DNA of 64,000 nucleotides from Candidatus Doudnabacteria bacterium RIFCSPHIGHO2_02_FULL_42_25 (GTDB lineage Bacteria; Patescibacteriota; Doudnabacteria; UBA920; O2-02-FULL-48-8): NCBI GenBank assembly GCA_001777665.1, contig MFEQ01000004.1, positions 129,331 to 193,330 of the forward strand, read 5' to 3'. Shown piece by piece: positions 17,314 to 26,318 of this stretch (position 1 is its first letter; each line of letters starts with the position of its first letter). The notes under the pieces were generated by a model. It saw only the letters and a program-made list of their open reading frames with translations, ran no database searches and was not told where the DNA came from. The position numbers and the translations under genes were made by a program.

Positions 17314-17640
17314 AAAAATAGGATAAATAAGGATAATAAGTAAAATAAGTCTGATAGGTAAGGGACTTTATATCTTTATTATCGGCAATAGTCCTTATTA
17401 CTCTTAAATGTCTCCCTATAGTCATTTTTTCCTATCATCCTTATCCAACCTATTATATCCTATTCCAATGAGAAATAAAAAAAGAGCGAACCGCCCTTTT
17501 TATTCCTATCATTCCATACCTATCATTCCTATTGTTCTTATTATCCCTATGGTCCCTATTATCTTTGCCGCTTCGCCTATTAGTCCTATTATTCTTACCA
17601 TCCCTATTGTCTTAATAATCCTATCGCTTCATGATACCTC
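16566..17640. repeat. About 35 copies of a degenerate 9-nt tandem repeat (YCYTATCRT; GATAAGGAT on the coding strand) in three blocks
   Basis: Blocks at about 16566-16660, 16895-17000 and 17340-17640. Blocks 1 and 2 lie inside the four-helix-bundle CDS; block 3 fills the 330-nt gap upstream of it. Confidence 0.7.
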
Positions 17641-18950
17641 TACAGTTGCTCGAGGAACCGCTTCAGGTCGGCGACGGCTTCGAATTCTTCCCGATTGAGT
17701 TCGCCTTGTTGACCAGAGACTAACAATGTCCCTGAAGAAACATAGGCTTTGAATAAAGGACTCATTTCGAAAGAAACTATCGCATAAGATTTTCTTGATG
17801 AATTAGCTTTCACCAATCCATAGACTTTGCTTTTTATCGATTCGGCTTGTGCGGCTACGGGACCCTGTCGTAAATCTCTGGGTTCAAGAATTCTTAAATC
17901 TTCCAAAACTTTGATATCCGTCAGGGGTTTAGCTTTACTAGCCAACATCGTATCAGGCGCTGCAGCACCAGCTGTTTTAAAATTCAAAGACTTCACAGCT
18001 TGAACAGCTTGTGCCGGTTGTGGCGGAGGAATAGTAATTTTAGGGATATCTATCATAGCCGGTTTCGGGGTAACTTGCTCTTCCGGCATCACCCATTTCG
18101 GTACAGTTAAGCTGGATGGCAATGTTGTAGGTTTCGGTTTTGGTGGAACCGGTTTTGGTGCACTATTCGGAACCGTAACATAAGCTCTAGGTGCCACTGG
18201 ATTAAATTGTGCGGGAGTTATGTTTGGCTTAGTCACAGATTCAACATTCAATCTTTCGCTTGGGGGTACTATATTTGCTAATGACTCTTTTCTGAGTGAT
18301 GTCCGATACCTTAACCACTCATAAAATTCCAAAATCTTTTTAAGTAATTCCTTGTTGCCAGCGTCTAATAAGAGATAATTTTTACTTTGGTTGGTGTAAT
18401 ATGCTATAGCATAAGTACCCTCTAAACTTTTACTGTTATTGTCGACAATGGTTCGAAAATCCACTAACCAATTTTGAATTATGGACATTTTTTTCTCGTT
18501 CCCTAATTCCAAAGATTCGTTTCCAATTAATTCATTATTTTTTTCAAAAGCTTCTTTTGCTTGTCTTTTTTCATTTCCATCCGAAAATGAAAAACTCGGT
18601 TCAAAAAATTCTTGTGGGTTTACATTGTATTTTATTAAAATTAAGAATGAATTAGAAAAATAATCAAGTTGCTTGGAAATATCTAAAAAACGAACTTGAC
18701 TCATTTCTAAAAGCTTCAATAAATCTTCATAAATATTGAATGCCTGCTTTGGAAACGAAGAATTCTGCAATTTTTCCTTGAGAATACCATACATCTCCTT
18801 ACAATCATCGAAACTTTGAGTATTGATAAACTCTAAGACCATCCCCTTGATTTGATCGATAGTATCTTGATTAGCAAAGGAATCGAATCCTAAAGATTTA
18901 ATATCGGAAGGATAAATAATATTTTTTGGATTTATAAGCTGATCTGACAT
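17640..18950 (-). CDS. Hypothetical protein with Pro-rich central segment, secretion-locus associated
   Basis: ORF with a PKPVPPKPKPTT...PPPQPAQ tract and no TM segment. Confidence 0.45.
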   Translation of the reverse strand: MSDQLINPKNIIYPSDIKSLGFDSFANQDTIDQIKGMVLEFINTQSFDDCKEMYGILKEKLQNSSFPKQAFNIYEDLLKLLEMSQVRFLDISKQLDYFSNSFLILIKYNVNPQEFFEPSFSFSDGNEKRQAKEAFEKNNELIGNESLELGNEKKMSIIQNWLVDFRTIVDNNSKSLEGTYAIAYYTNQSKNYLLLDAGNKELLKKILEFYEWLRYRTSLRKESLANIVPPSERLNVESVTKPNITPAQFNPVAPRAYVTVPNSAPKPVPPKPKPTTLPSSLTVPKWVMPEEQVTPKPAMIDIPKITIPPPQPAQAVQAVKSLNFKTAGAAAPDTMLASKAKPLTDIKVLEDLRILEPRDLRQGPVAAQAESIKSKVYGLVKANSSRKSYAIVSFEMSPLFKAYVSSGTLLVSGQQGELNREEFEAVADLKRFLEQL

Positions 18951-18954
18951 GGGA

Positions 18955-21807
18955 TTAAATTGTACTGCTTCCAGGACCTGGAATTACTGGAGGAACGACA
19001 GGATTACGTGGCGGAGCTACCTTCTGATATTTATTAATCAATTCCTCAAGTTTACCTATGTTTTCAGATAAATTAAGCTCCTTAGCTCTCTTTACTGCTT
19101 CTTTGAAAACTTTGACCTTAGTTGCATCATCACGATCTCTAAGGAAGACATCCATAACTATAGGATTTGCGGCAGCCGAAGATGCTGCGCGTCTTAGAGT
19201 ATATATATCTGCAGCTACTTCTTCTCCTTTAGCTCCAAATGGAATAACACCACGGCTTTGAAGTTCATGCTGCCGATTTTTTAGTTGTCCAGCATGAGGT
19301 AAGCCAAAAATTTGGTTAATAATTACTCCTTGATCGTGTATGTCACCATAACTCTCGCCTTCGAACCCAGCAATTTTTGCAGAGCTGGAATCACTATATT
19401 GTACGTCAATATCAGCTGCTCGCATTGCATTGAGAAATCGATTAGCAGGTGTACGGTTCATTCTAGATGTAAACTGCCCTACGACTCCATTAAAGTAATT
19501 TAGTTTCTTTTGTTCCTCAGGTAAAAGTGGTCTTATTTTTGCCTGTGCTTCTAATTCAGCAGCTTCCTTTCTAACTTCAGCAAAGCCATAATTAACCAAA
19601 CCTATTACTCTCCTCTTGCCTTCCGAATCTGTCGTTTCCACCTCAATTTTATCTGCAAGATGATATGGTTTAATCTGCTTCTCTGCATATTCCTGAATCA
19701 TTGAAGCATATCCAAGTTTGTCTTTTTCAGGAAGATCGCCAAGGTACATGCCATAAAAAACTTTTTGGAAATTAGTTGGAGTAATTTCCCCCGTCTTTAA
19801 AATATCTTCTAATCGTTCAGTTTTTCCTGTTAGCGGATTTGTAAATTCCTTAGCTACGTTAAGATGTTCTAATTCACCAGTATCATATTTTTCCTTCAAT
19901 ATGCGCATAAAATCATCCTGCCTATTAAGAGCAGCTATGGCCATACCCCATCCTTGCTTGTCTATTGGGTCTTTAGCATGTAAAGATTCCTCGACCATTT
20001 CTCGTTCCGACATATTAAGGTCCATTTTCTCCTTTGCTCTATGTAATACTTCCGATTGATGTGCTTCCAGTCCAAAGCTAGTTTTTTCACGCTGCCAAGG
20101 AAGCACGCGATAAAGAGTATCCGCAGCTTGACCGCTCGAAACACCAAAGGCACGTCGTTCTTCTTCTTCTTGATATTTTTCATAACCTCTGGCCCACTTG
20201 CCGACACTCAAGTTTGACAGAGCCTTTCTAAATCTATTCTGGCTTTTAGAACCGTTTGCCAACCATCTATCTGTTGCACCCAGACCCATTTTCCCAAAAA
20301 ACTTTCCCGTCTTCATTCCAGCGTTAATCATCATATCAGCCCCAACCATTCCGGCCTTTTTCGCTACAAAAAATGCGGCTAGCATCATGCCCATCAAAAA
20401 GATATATTTAAAGGCCGAGTCGTCTGGTCCACCCATTAATCCTTTATTATCAACTATGGCTTTATCTAATCTGATGACAAACATAGCCACAGGAGCCCAA
20501 ATTAAATACTTAATGAAATACTGCCACCATTCTTTCGCATAATGTTCAGTCGCTGGGAGAATATTTAAAACATATGCCAGAGGTGAAAATATAACCAATA
20601 CATATAGTCCAATTAGTCTGACCACAAATAACCCGGCTAACATTAAAGAAACCACAAAAGTTACAATTGTAAAAGCAGTCATGCTCAATCCTTGGGTAAG
20701 GCCAGTCGTCCAACCATTTGGAGCAGTTCCTACATCTTGCCATATATAGCCATACACAAAGCTAAATGATTCTTTAAGAGTTCCGCCAAACACAAACATT
20801 GCTGTTATAAGATTAACAAAATTAATAATTGTTACAGCAATGACTTGGCTAAAGTTGACGAGCAATGCCGCTACCACCAGTTTCGCCAATAAATGCCCGT
20901 ATTCATTATATTCTTTTATTCTTAAAATTGTTCCTAGTGCAATTACAATCAAGATTAGAATAAAAAACATGTTAGCTATATCGCGAACTATTGTCCAGCC
21001 GACTTGGACGAAAAGTGGCATACCATTACTTGTGGCATACACTGTCTGATCAACAGCATATGCCATGATCATTAAGGCAAAAGCAGTAAGCCAAGCTAAG
21101 GCACTATTGATTACATCAAAAATAGCCTTTAAAGCCCATCCAACTGCTTTACTAATCCCGCCGGCTTGTTCACGATCCTTCTGGGCAGCTTTTTGTTCTT
21201 CAATCTGATTCTTATATACCTCTTGAACAGAGGATAAATTTTGCAAATTTCCACCTTGAGTCTTGTTGATTCGAATACTATCAACAGCAGGATCCGGAAC
21301 AACCACAATATTTCTTCCCATATTATCTGTCGTAGTACTAGTCCCGGTATATCTGCCCCATGTACATTCTAGATTTGCGTCACTAAAAATAGTATTGTAA
21401 CTCAACCGGGGTGTAGTTCCTGTAATTTGAACCAACTGTGCACCAATATTTTTACACTGATCTTTTAAGGCTTGAATTTGTAGAGTAACATTTTCCCCGT
21501 TGTATCTTCTCTGCACTAAATCTTTGCCTGTTTCCATCATCTTCTTGAGTTCGTCGCTGGAGATGTCTGTAGTAGTAGCAGTCGGAGTGGTTGTGGTCGG
21601 ATTGGTCGGAGTAGCAGGCGCACCGGCAGCCGGTGTCCATGTTCCACCAACTTCCTTGCAAGTCTCTTCAGGACTATTCACGTAAAAAGTCGGCAGTGTC
21701 ACACTGCATGTTCCGGAAGTTGTGGTTGTTTGAGCAGAAGCAAAATTAGTCCAGAGAACATTTACTAGGACTAAGAAGACTATTAACTTTAGGAGCTTTT
21801 TATTCAT
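18955..21807 (-). CDS. Large polytopic membrane protein, VirB6/TrbL-like
   Basis: Signal peptide, Thr/Cys-rich N-terminal domain of about 230 aa, 7-8 TM helices, cytoplasmic C-terminal domain of about 430 aa. Confidence 0.5.
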   Translation of the reverse strand: MNKKLLKLIVFLVLVNVLWTNFASAQTTTTSGTCSVTLPTFYVNSPEETCKEVGGTWTPAAGAPATPTNPTTTTPTATTTDISSDELKKMMETGKDLVQRRYNGENVTLQIQALKDQCKNIGAQLVQITGTTPRLSYNTIFSDANLECTWGRYTGTSTTTDNMGRNIVVVPDPAVDSIRINKTQGGNLQNLSSVQEVYKNQIEEQKAAQKDREQAGGISKAVGWALKAIFDVINSALAWLTAFALMIMAYAVDQTVYATSNGMPLFVQVGWTIVRDIANMFFILILIVIALGTILRIKEYNEYGHLLAKLVVAALLVNFSQVIAVTIINFVNLITAMFVFGGTLKESFSFVYGYIWQDVGTAPNGWTTGLTQGLSMTAFTIVTFVVSLMLAGLFVVRLIGLYVLVIFSPLAYVLNILPATEHYAKEWWQYFIKYLIWAPVAMFVIRLDKAIVDNKGLMGGPDDSAFKYIFLMGMMLAAFFVAKKAGMVGADMMINAGMKTGKFFGKMGLGATDRWLANGSKSQNRFRKALSNLSVGKWARGYEKYQEEEERRAFGVSSGQAADTLYRVLPWQREKTSFGLEAHQSEVLHRAKEKMDLNMSEREMVEESLHAKDPIDKQGWGMAIAALNRQDDFMRILKEKYDTGELEHLNVAKEFTNPLTGKTERLEDILKTGEITPTNFQKVFYGMYLGDLPEKDKLGYASMIQEYAEKQIKPYHLADKIEVETTDSEGKRRVIGLVNYGFAEVRKEAAELEAQAKIRPLLPEEQKKLNYFNGVVGQFTSRMNRTPANRFLNAMRAADIDVQYSDSSSAKIAGFEGESYGDIHDQGVIINQIFGLPHAGQLKNRQHELQSRGVIPFGAKGEEVAADIYTLRRAASSAAANPIVMDVFLRDRDDATKVKVFKEAVKRAKELNLSENIGKLEELINKYQKVAPPRNPVVPPVIPGPGSSTI

Positions 21808-23741
21808 TATGGTGATTGTGGAAATCTATACCCAAAATTCCATACATGATCTGGTCCAACCGTAAACGGATGGCTGCGATCCGTAGTTTCGATAGTACCT
21901 GGTGGCCAGGAACTAATATCAAGTGTTACGCGATAATCACCAGCAGCAAAATTTGTAAATGAATAATTACCTTGGGCATCACTAACAGCTGTTGTATACG
22001 ATATTCCGGCAGGTGTTTCTAGATATACTTTATTCCCCACTGTAGCAACATCACCCGCATCAAATACACCATTCAAGTTGTTATCTGAAAAGACCTTACC
22101 TGTTAATGACCAGGGGCCTGGCTGAAGCTGCGGACTTCCCCCGCCTCCTCCACCACCTGGTGGAACTGTTGGTACACCTGTAGGCACGGGCACATTTGAA
22201 GCAGCTTGCGCGTTAGGTTTATCACATTTCCCAATTACAGATTTAATCTCTTTAATATAATTAACGATGTCCATGGTAAGGCGAGTGATGTCGTCAATTC
22301 CATCGTATGGTCCATATTGGCCATCTAGCTCAAGATCCTTATCTTTAACCAAAGACATATTGATTGCAGCTAGATAGTCATCATGTCTTCCCAAAGCAAT
22401 CTCCATATTATCAAAGTAGGGGTTGTTAAAATCCTGAACGATTCCGAGCAAATTATCTAAAGATCCGTAAGCTTGTTGTACTCTTCTGGCCCAAGCTTGA
22501 GTATCAGCTTCGTTTATAAAATTATCTACAGTGACTTGGTCTCTGTGTGCTATTGCATAATCAACAAAGGCTTGCATGTCTTTCGCCGCTTTATCAATAG
22601 CCTGACAAAGGGGGGTAAAGTATGGCGAGGTCCCTACAGTAGAAGATGTATTACAACCACCCGGTTGTATAGGATTGCCGCCATGATAACAGACATCGCT
22701 TATTCCATTTAATAAACCGTCATTATTTCCATCACGTCCATCCGGAATACCGTCTAGATCTAAATCGATTTCAGAAAAATTAATATTTCCCGTGGAGGTG
22801 TTATACCCTATCTCACTATACTCATCTATAACTTCAGTACCGTCGGAATCGAGTTGCAGTCTTTTGAAAACAAAATTCCCTAATGCGTTACCGATAATGG
22901 TATAAGGATTGCTCATGTCTAAATTAACGTTAAACAATCCTTGGAGGGCATTATCTAGGTTGGATTTAATATAACCAGATGGGTCTTTAATAATGTTCAA
23001 AGCTTTATCCAGTCCAGCTGATCCAGTTGCTGTTATTGTTACAATCTCCCGACTGGATTTCAATCCTTGTCCTGCATCAATTTCTTGACTTGCTGCTGCT
23101 TGGGATTGAGACAAAGCTGCCCCAATCTGGCTGTCTAATTCTATCTCGGCAAATACTTCCGGATTAGAGAAGTAGGCTTGAGCAACTACAAAATATTCCC
23201 TATCTGACATTCCTTGAGGAGGATTATAAATCAATTGCGGATCTATTCCACCTCTTTTGATGTGATACTTTTTTTGGGCATCACTTATTTTTTTCAAAGC
23301 ATCTTTTTTTGCTTGAAGGTTTTGTTCGCGCGTATCACTATTGGCTTGCCCCGTAAAATCATATGAGTAAAGAGTAGAGGCTGCATTAAATGCTTCTCTT
23401 AAGTCTGGATCACCTATCTTGTTCGCAATGTATTGATTTAAATAATTACTTTCCAGAAGTCGTGCATAGTATAGATAATTTCTAATTTTATATTTATCGA
23501 GAACCTTATCGACAAATCTCGTAATAAACTCATTTGCATAATTGGAAGCTATTCTTAATACCGCGGCTTTCCCGATATCTTTGGCGATATCATATGGATT
23601 AGCAATTTCAGTTCCAAAGCTAAAAGTAATATCGCCAAATCCTAGAAATGCCTTAGCGGGTTCAGGTTTAACCAGAAAACCACTGGTTACACCTACCAGC
23701 AAAATAATTGCTATAGTTTTTTTAATGAAAAAACTTTTCAT
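21807..23741 (-). CDS. Secreted protein with Gly7 linker and C-terminal SdrD-B/Cna-B-like beta-sandwich domain
   Basis: Signal peptide MKSFFIKKTIAIILLVGV. PPGGGGGGGSP at about 22139-22161. C-terminal GDYRVTLD prealbumin-like motif. Confidence 0.5.
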   Translation of the reverse strand: MKSFFIKKTIAIILLVGVTSGFLVKPEPAKAFLGFGDITFSFGTEIANPYDIAKDIGKAAVLRIASNYANEFITRFVDKVLDKYKIRNYLYYARLLESNYLNQYIANKIGDPDLREAFNAASTLYSYDFTGQANSDTREQNLQAKKDALKKISDAQKKYHIKRGGIDPQLIYNPPQGMSDREYFVVAQAYFSNPEVFAEIELDSQIGAALSQSQAAASQEIDAGQGLKSSREIVTITATGSAGLDKALNIIKDPSGYIKSNLDNALQGLFNVNLDMSNPYTIIGNALGNFVFKRLQLDSDGTEVIDEYSEIGYNTSTGNINFSEIDLDLDGIPDGRDGNNDGLLNGISDVCYHGGNPIQPGGCNTSSTVGTSPYFTPLCQAIDKAAKDMQAFVDYAIAHRDQVTVDNFINEADTQAWARRVQQAYGSLDNLLGIVQDFNNPYFDNMEIALGRHDDYLAAINMSLVKDKDLELDGQYGPYDGIDDITRLTMDIVNYIKEIKSVIGKCDKPNAQAASNVPVPTGVPTVPPGGGGGGGSPQLQPGPWSLTGKVFSDNNLNGVFDAGDVATVGNKVYLETPAGISYTTAVSDAQGNYSFTNFAAGDYRVTLDISSWPPGTIETTDRSHPFTVGPDHVWNFGYRFPQSP

Positions 23742-24655
23742 TCTCCGAATTGTTTACTTAGTAATTGTTTTTCTAAACTCATTTTTTGCTGAACCGCCAA
23801 AAATGCCTGTGCTTTGTCATACCATTGATTAATGTTGTTTGGTGATGGAGTTCCAATCACATCTGCGAGTAGCTGATAAAAAGCGATATTATATTTATGA
23901 AAGTTAACCATCAGTTCTGGTACAGCAACCGTTTTAAGTTCAACTGAAAGTTTTTTCGCTTTTATTTGAATCATACTAACATCCGAGCCATACCCGTCCT
24001 GGAGTATCGCAGTAATTTCTGCGATTTCAGTTTGTGAAAAATATCGATTTGTTTTAGTTCGTAACTCTTCAAAATACTCCATGTAGACATCTTCCGACTG
24101 TATGTCATAGAGGATGGTCAATTCGTCATCAGCCACCAATGGGAGATTGACCTTACTTATATCAGAAGATTCGGCTACGAGTTTTTTTATATCTGAGTCG
24201 AAAACCAAGCTCTCGCCAATTATATTTTCATCTGACGCACTCTCTTCGAAACTCATTCGGCCCGGCTGGCTCGGATCGATTCCTGCTGCAACCAACTCGC
24301 CATCATTTAATTCATCACCTGCGGTTCGAAAGTTTAAAGGATCTGTCTTATAGTAATATTCTTGAGAATTATTTAACTTATCAGCATCAGGGTCGGCTTC
24401 AGGTCGACACTCGTCAAAATCACAAATGCTCTGACCAAAATATTTCTCATACCACCAGCCTGGAATTCCTGGGTCAGTTGTTGTTTGCGTTCCACTAATT
24501 TTTGAAGTTTTAAAAAATTTATCGTAAATCAACAGTCCTGAACCCAAAACAAAAACCATGACCAGAATGACCATGATTAAAGGACGAAGTTTACTTCTTA
24601 CTTTTGCTATCTTTCCAGGCACTTTGATTTGGTTTTTTTGTTTATTTCTGAACAT
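23738..24655 (-). CDS. Bitopic membrane protein (VirB8-like topology), first gene of the secretion locus
   Basis: Start set at MFRNKQ. The longer ORF begins with a non-ATG codon inside a GC-rich palindromic element. One TM segment (IMVILVMVFVLGSGLLIY). Confidence 0.45.
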   Translation of the reverse strand: MFRNKQKNQIKVPGKIAKVRSKLRPLIMVILVMVFVLGSGLLIYDKFFKTSKISGTQTTTDPGIPGWWYEKYFGQSICDFDECRPEADPDADKLNNSQEYYYKTDPLNFRTAGDELNDGELVAAGIDPSQPGRMSFEESASDENIIGESLVFDSDIKKLVAESSDISKVNLPLVADDELTILYDIQSEDVYMEYFEELRTKTNRYFSQTEIAEITAILQDGYGSDVSMIQIKAKKLSVELKTVAVPELMVNFHKYNIAFYQLLADVIGTPSPNNINQWYDKAQAFLAVQQKMSLEKQLLSKQFGE

Positions 24656-24666
24656 TGTCGAAAGAA

Positions 24667-24713
24667 GGGGCCCTGCCCGCAACGCCAGCAAGCTGGCTTG
24701 CGTGGCGGGCGGG
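24667..24713. repeat. GC-rich palindromic element, family 1, intergenic copy
   Basis: ggggccctgcccgcaacgccagcaagctggcttgcgtggcgggcggg. It shares a 32-nt identical core with the inverted copy at 27205-27254. Confidence 0.7.
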
Positions 24714-25021
24714 CTCTCCTACCCTATTTTGCTCTCTGTTTTATTGATTTTTTAGTTTTTGTGTCGAAACGTCAATTAAATCTATTTATATTATATCACA
24801 AAACAGGCCCTATGTCTAGGGCTTTCGGTTGCGGCGGGCAATAATACTAGGGATAGCCATAAGTATTATGGCTATAATCATAAACCCAATAGTCAAAGAG
24901 ACGATGATTATATCTGATCTAGTCATCTTTTTTATTCTTAGCCCGATCAATCATAGTGGGTAGTACAATTAAAACCATTACCACTAAGACGATTGCCCCG
25001 ATTAAATAAATAATAAACGGA

Positions 25022-25231
25022 TTAGTCATATTTTGTTCTTCTAGTTAATAGTATAAGACTAAATGTCCAAAAGATCAAAGCAATAAAAAGTCCCATTAAA
25101 GCAAACCAGGGTCTGAACTTATCAAAAATACCAGGCAAGACTACAGCAGCGAAAAAAATTAAACCTATATTAGCAGCAATGTCTGCAATCTTAGCAATTT
25201 GAATATCTGAGAATTTTACAGCAAGTTTCAC
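25022..25231 (-). CDS. Small membrane protein (69 aa)
   Basis: GTG start. Two hydrophobic helices. Confidence 0.35.
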   Translation of the reverse strand: MKLAVKFSDIQIAKIADIAANIGLIFFAAVVLPGIFDKFRPWFALMGLFIALIFWTFSLILLTRRTKYD

Positions 25232-25395
25232 TTTTGTTTCATTAATTCTTTCTGACCTAATTTACTTAAACGTTTGATTCCGCAATCGAAACAGAATTCA
25301 TTAGGACTAAAACTGAATTCACTATAACCAAGCAAGACCATCTTCTCTTGATCCTGAATTTCTTTATTACAATTATCACATTTCCTCAATCTCAT
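25228..25395 (-). CDS. Zinc-ribbon small protein (55 aa)
   Basis: MRLRKCDNCNKEIQDQ...FCFDCGIKRL, with two CxxC pairs. Below the ORF-track cutoff. Weak SD. Confidence 0.3.
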   Translation of the reverse strand: MRLRKCDNCNKEIQDQEKMVLLGYSEFSFSPNEFCFDCGIKRLSKLGQKELMKQK

Positions 25396-25439
25396 AGTGT
25401 AGTAATTTTAAACCTGGTAAAAATACTTGTCAAAAGGCT

Positions 25440-26318
25440 TTACGTAAGCGATTTCTCTCTTTGTTCGAAATGGTTATACAAACTGATCCATTGCTCAATG
25501 CTAAGATCTTGTGGTCGCAAGCTGGGATCAATTCCAGCTTTCTTTAACATTTCTAAATCCTTAATCGTATTTTTGAGTTGTTTTCGTTTAGATGCAAATC
25601 CGGTTTTCACAATTCTGAAAAATAATTTCTCATCTTTAATTTCCGGATTTTTATTTTTCGGAATAATTTTCAGTATTACTGAATCAACTTCTGGTGTCGG
25701 CCAGAATGATTGTTTGGGAACCAAAGCAACAATTTCTGCATCAGCGTGGACTTGCACAGAAATCGCTAAGATCGAAAGTTTCCCAGGGTTCGCAACGACG
25801 CGCTCCCCGACTTCTTTCTGAACCATCAAAACTAAAAATTCAGGTTTATTTTTTTGCTCGAGGAAATATTGAAACAACTTTGATGTTAGGTAGTAAGGAA
25901 TATTGGCAACAACTTTGTACGGACCGTTCAGTTCTTTTTCCAAATGGAATCGAAGAATGTCTTGGTTAAAAAGCGTAAGGACGTTATTCGTCTGCGCTGC
26001 GCGTATCGGTAACCGTCCGACGATACGCGTGGCGCTGCCATTTACCGTATTACGCATTTCATTTTCGAGGGTCCTAAAAAGTTTCTCATCCTTCTCAACA
26101 GCGATGACTTTGCCGGCGCGTTTCACTAACTCCTCCGTCAGAACTCCTAGGCCAGGGCCTACTTCCAAGACCGTATCGGTTTTTTTTATATCAGCTGCAT
26201 CAACTATTTTGTTCAGCGCATCTTCATCAATCAAAAAATTCTGACCCATGTAGTCTTTGGGTCTTAAATTTCTTGATTTCAAATAATTTTTTAAATCGAT
26301 TGGATCAAAAATCTTCAT
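25440..26318 (-). CDS. rsmA: 16S rRNA (adenine1518/1519-N6)-dimethyltransferase RsmA/KsgA, carrying an in-frame GC-rich insertion
   Basis: Motif I (LEVGPGLGVLT) and NIPY motif. The extra segment NTVNGSATRIVGRLPIRAAQT is encoded by the palindromic element at 25991-26048. Confidence 0.85.
   Translation of the reverse strand: MKIFDPIDLKNYLKSRNLRPKDYMGQNFLIDEDALNKIVDAADIKKTDTVLEVGPGLGVLTEELVKRAGKVIAVEKDEKLFRTLENEMRNTVNGSATRIVGRLPIRAAQTNNVLTLFNQDILRFHLEKELNGPYKVVANIPYYLTSKLFQYFLEQKNKPEFLVLMVQKEVGERVVANPGKLSILAISVQVHADAEIVALVPKQSFWPTPEVDSVILKIIPKNKNPEIKDEKLFFRIVKTGFASKRKQLKNTIKDLEMLKKAGIDPSLRPQDLSIEQWISLYNHFEQREKSLT
25991..26048. repeat. GC-rich palindromic element, family 2, in frame inside rsmA
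   Basis: tctgcgctgcgcgtatcggtaaccgtccgacgatacgcgtggcgctgcca. A related copy sits at 40229-40283. Confidence 0.65.

Noticed and set aside
16452-17698. ORFs 16452-16643(-), 16511-16759(+), 17408-17698(+) and a possible CRISPR-like array
   Set aside because: Their sequences (MIRTIRMIGMIRTIG..., LSSLSSLSFLLF..., IPIIPIVLIIPMVPII) are direct translations of the 9-nt tandem repeat. The repeats are contiguous and degenerate with no unique spacers, so this is not a CRISPR.
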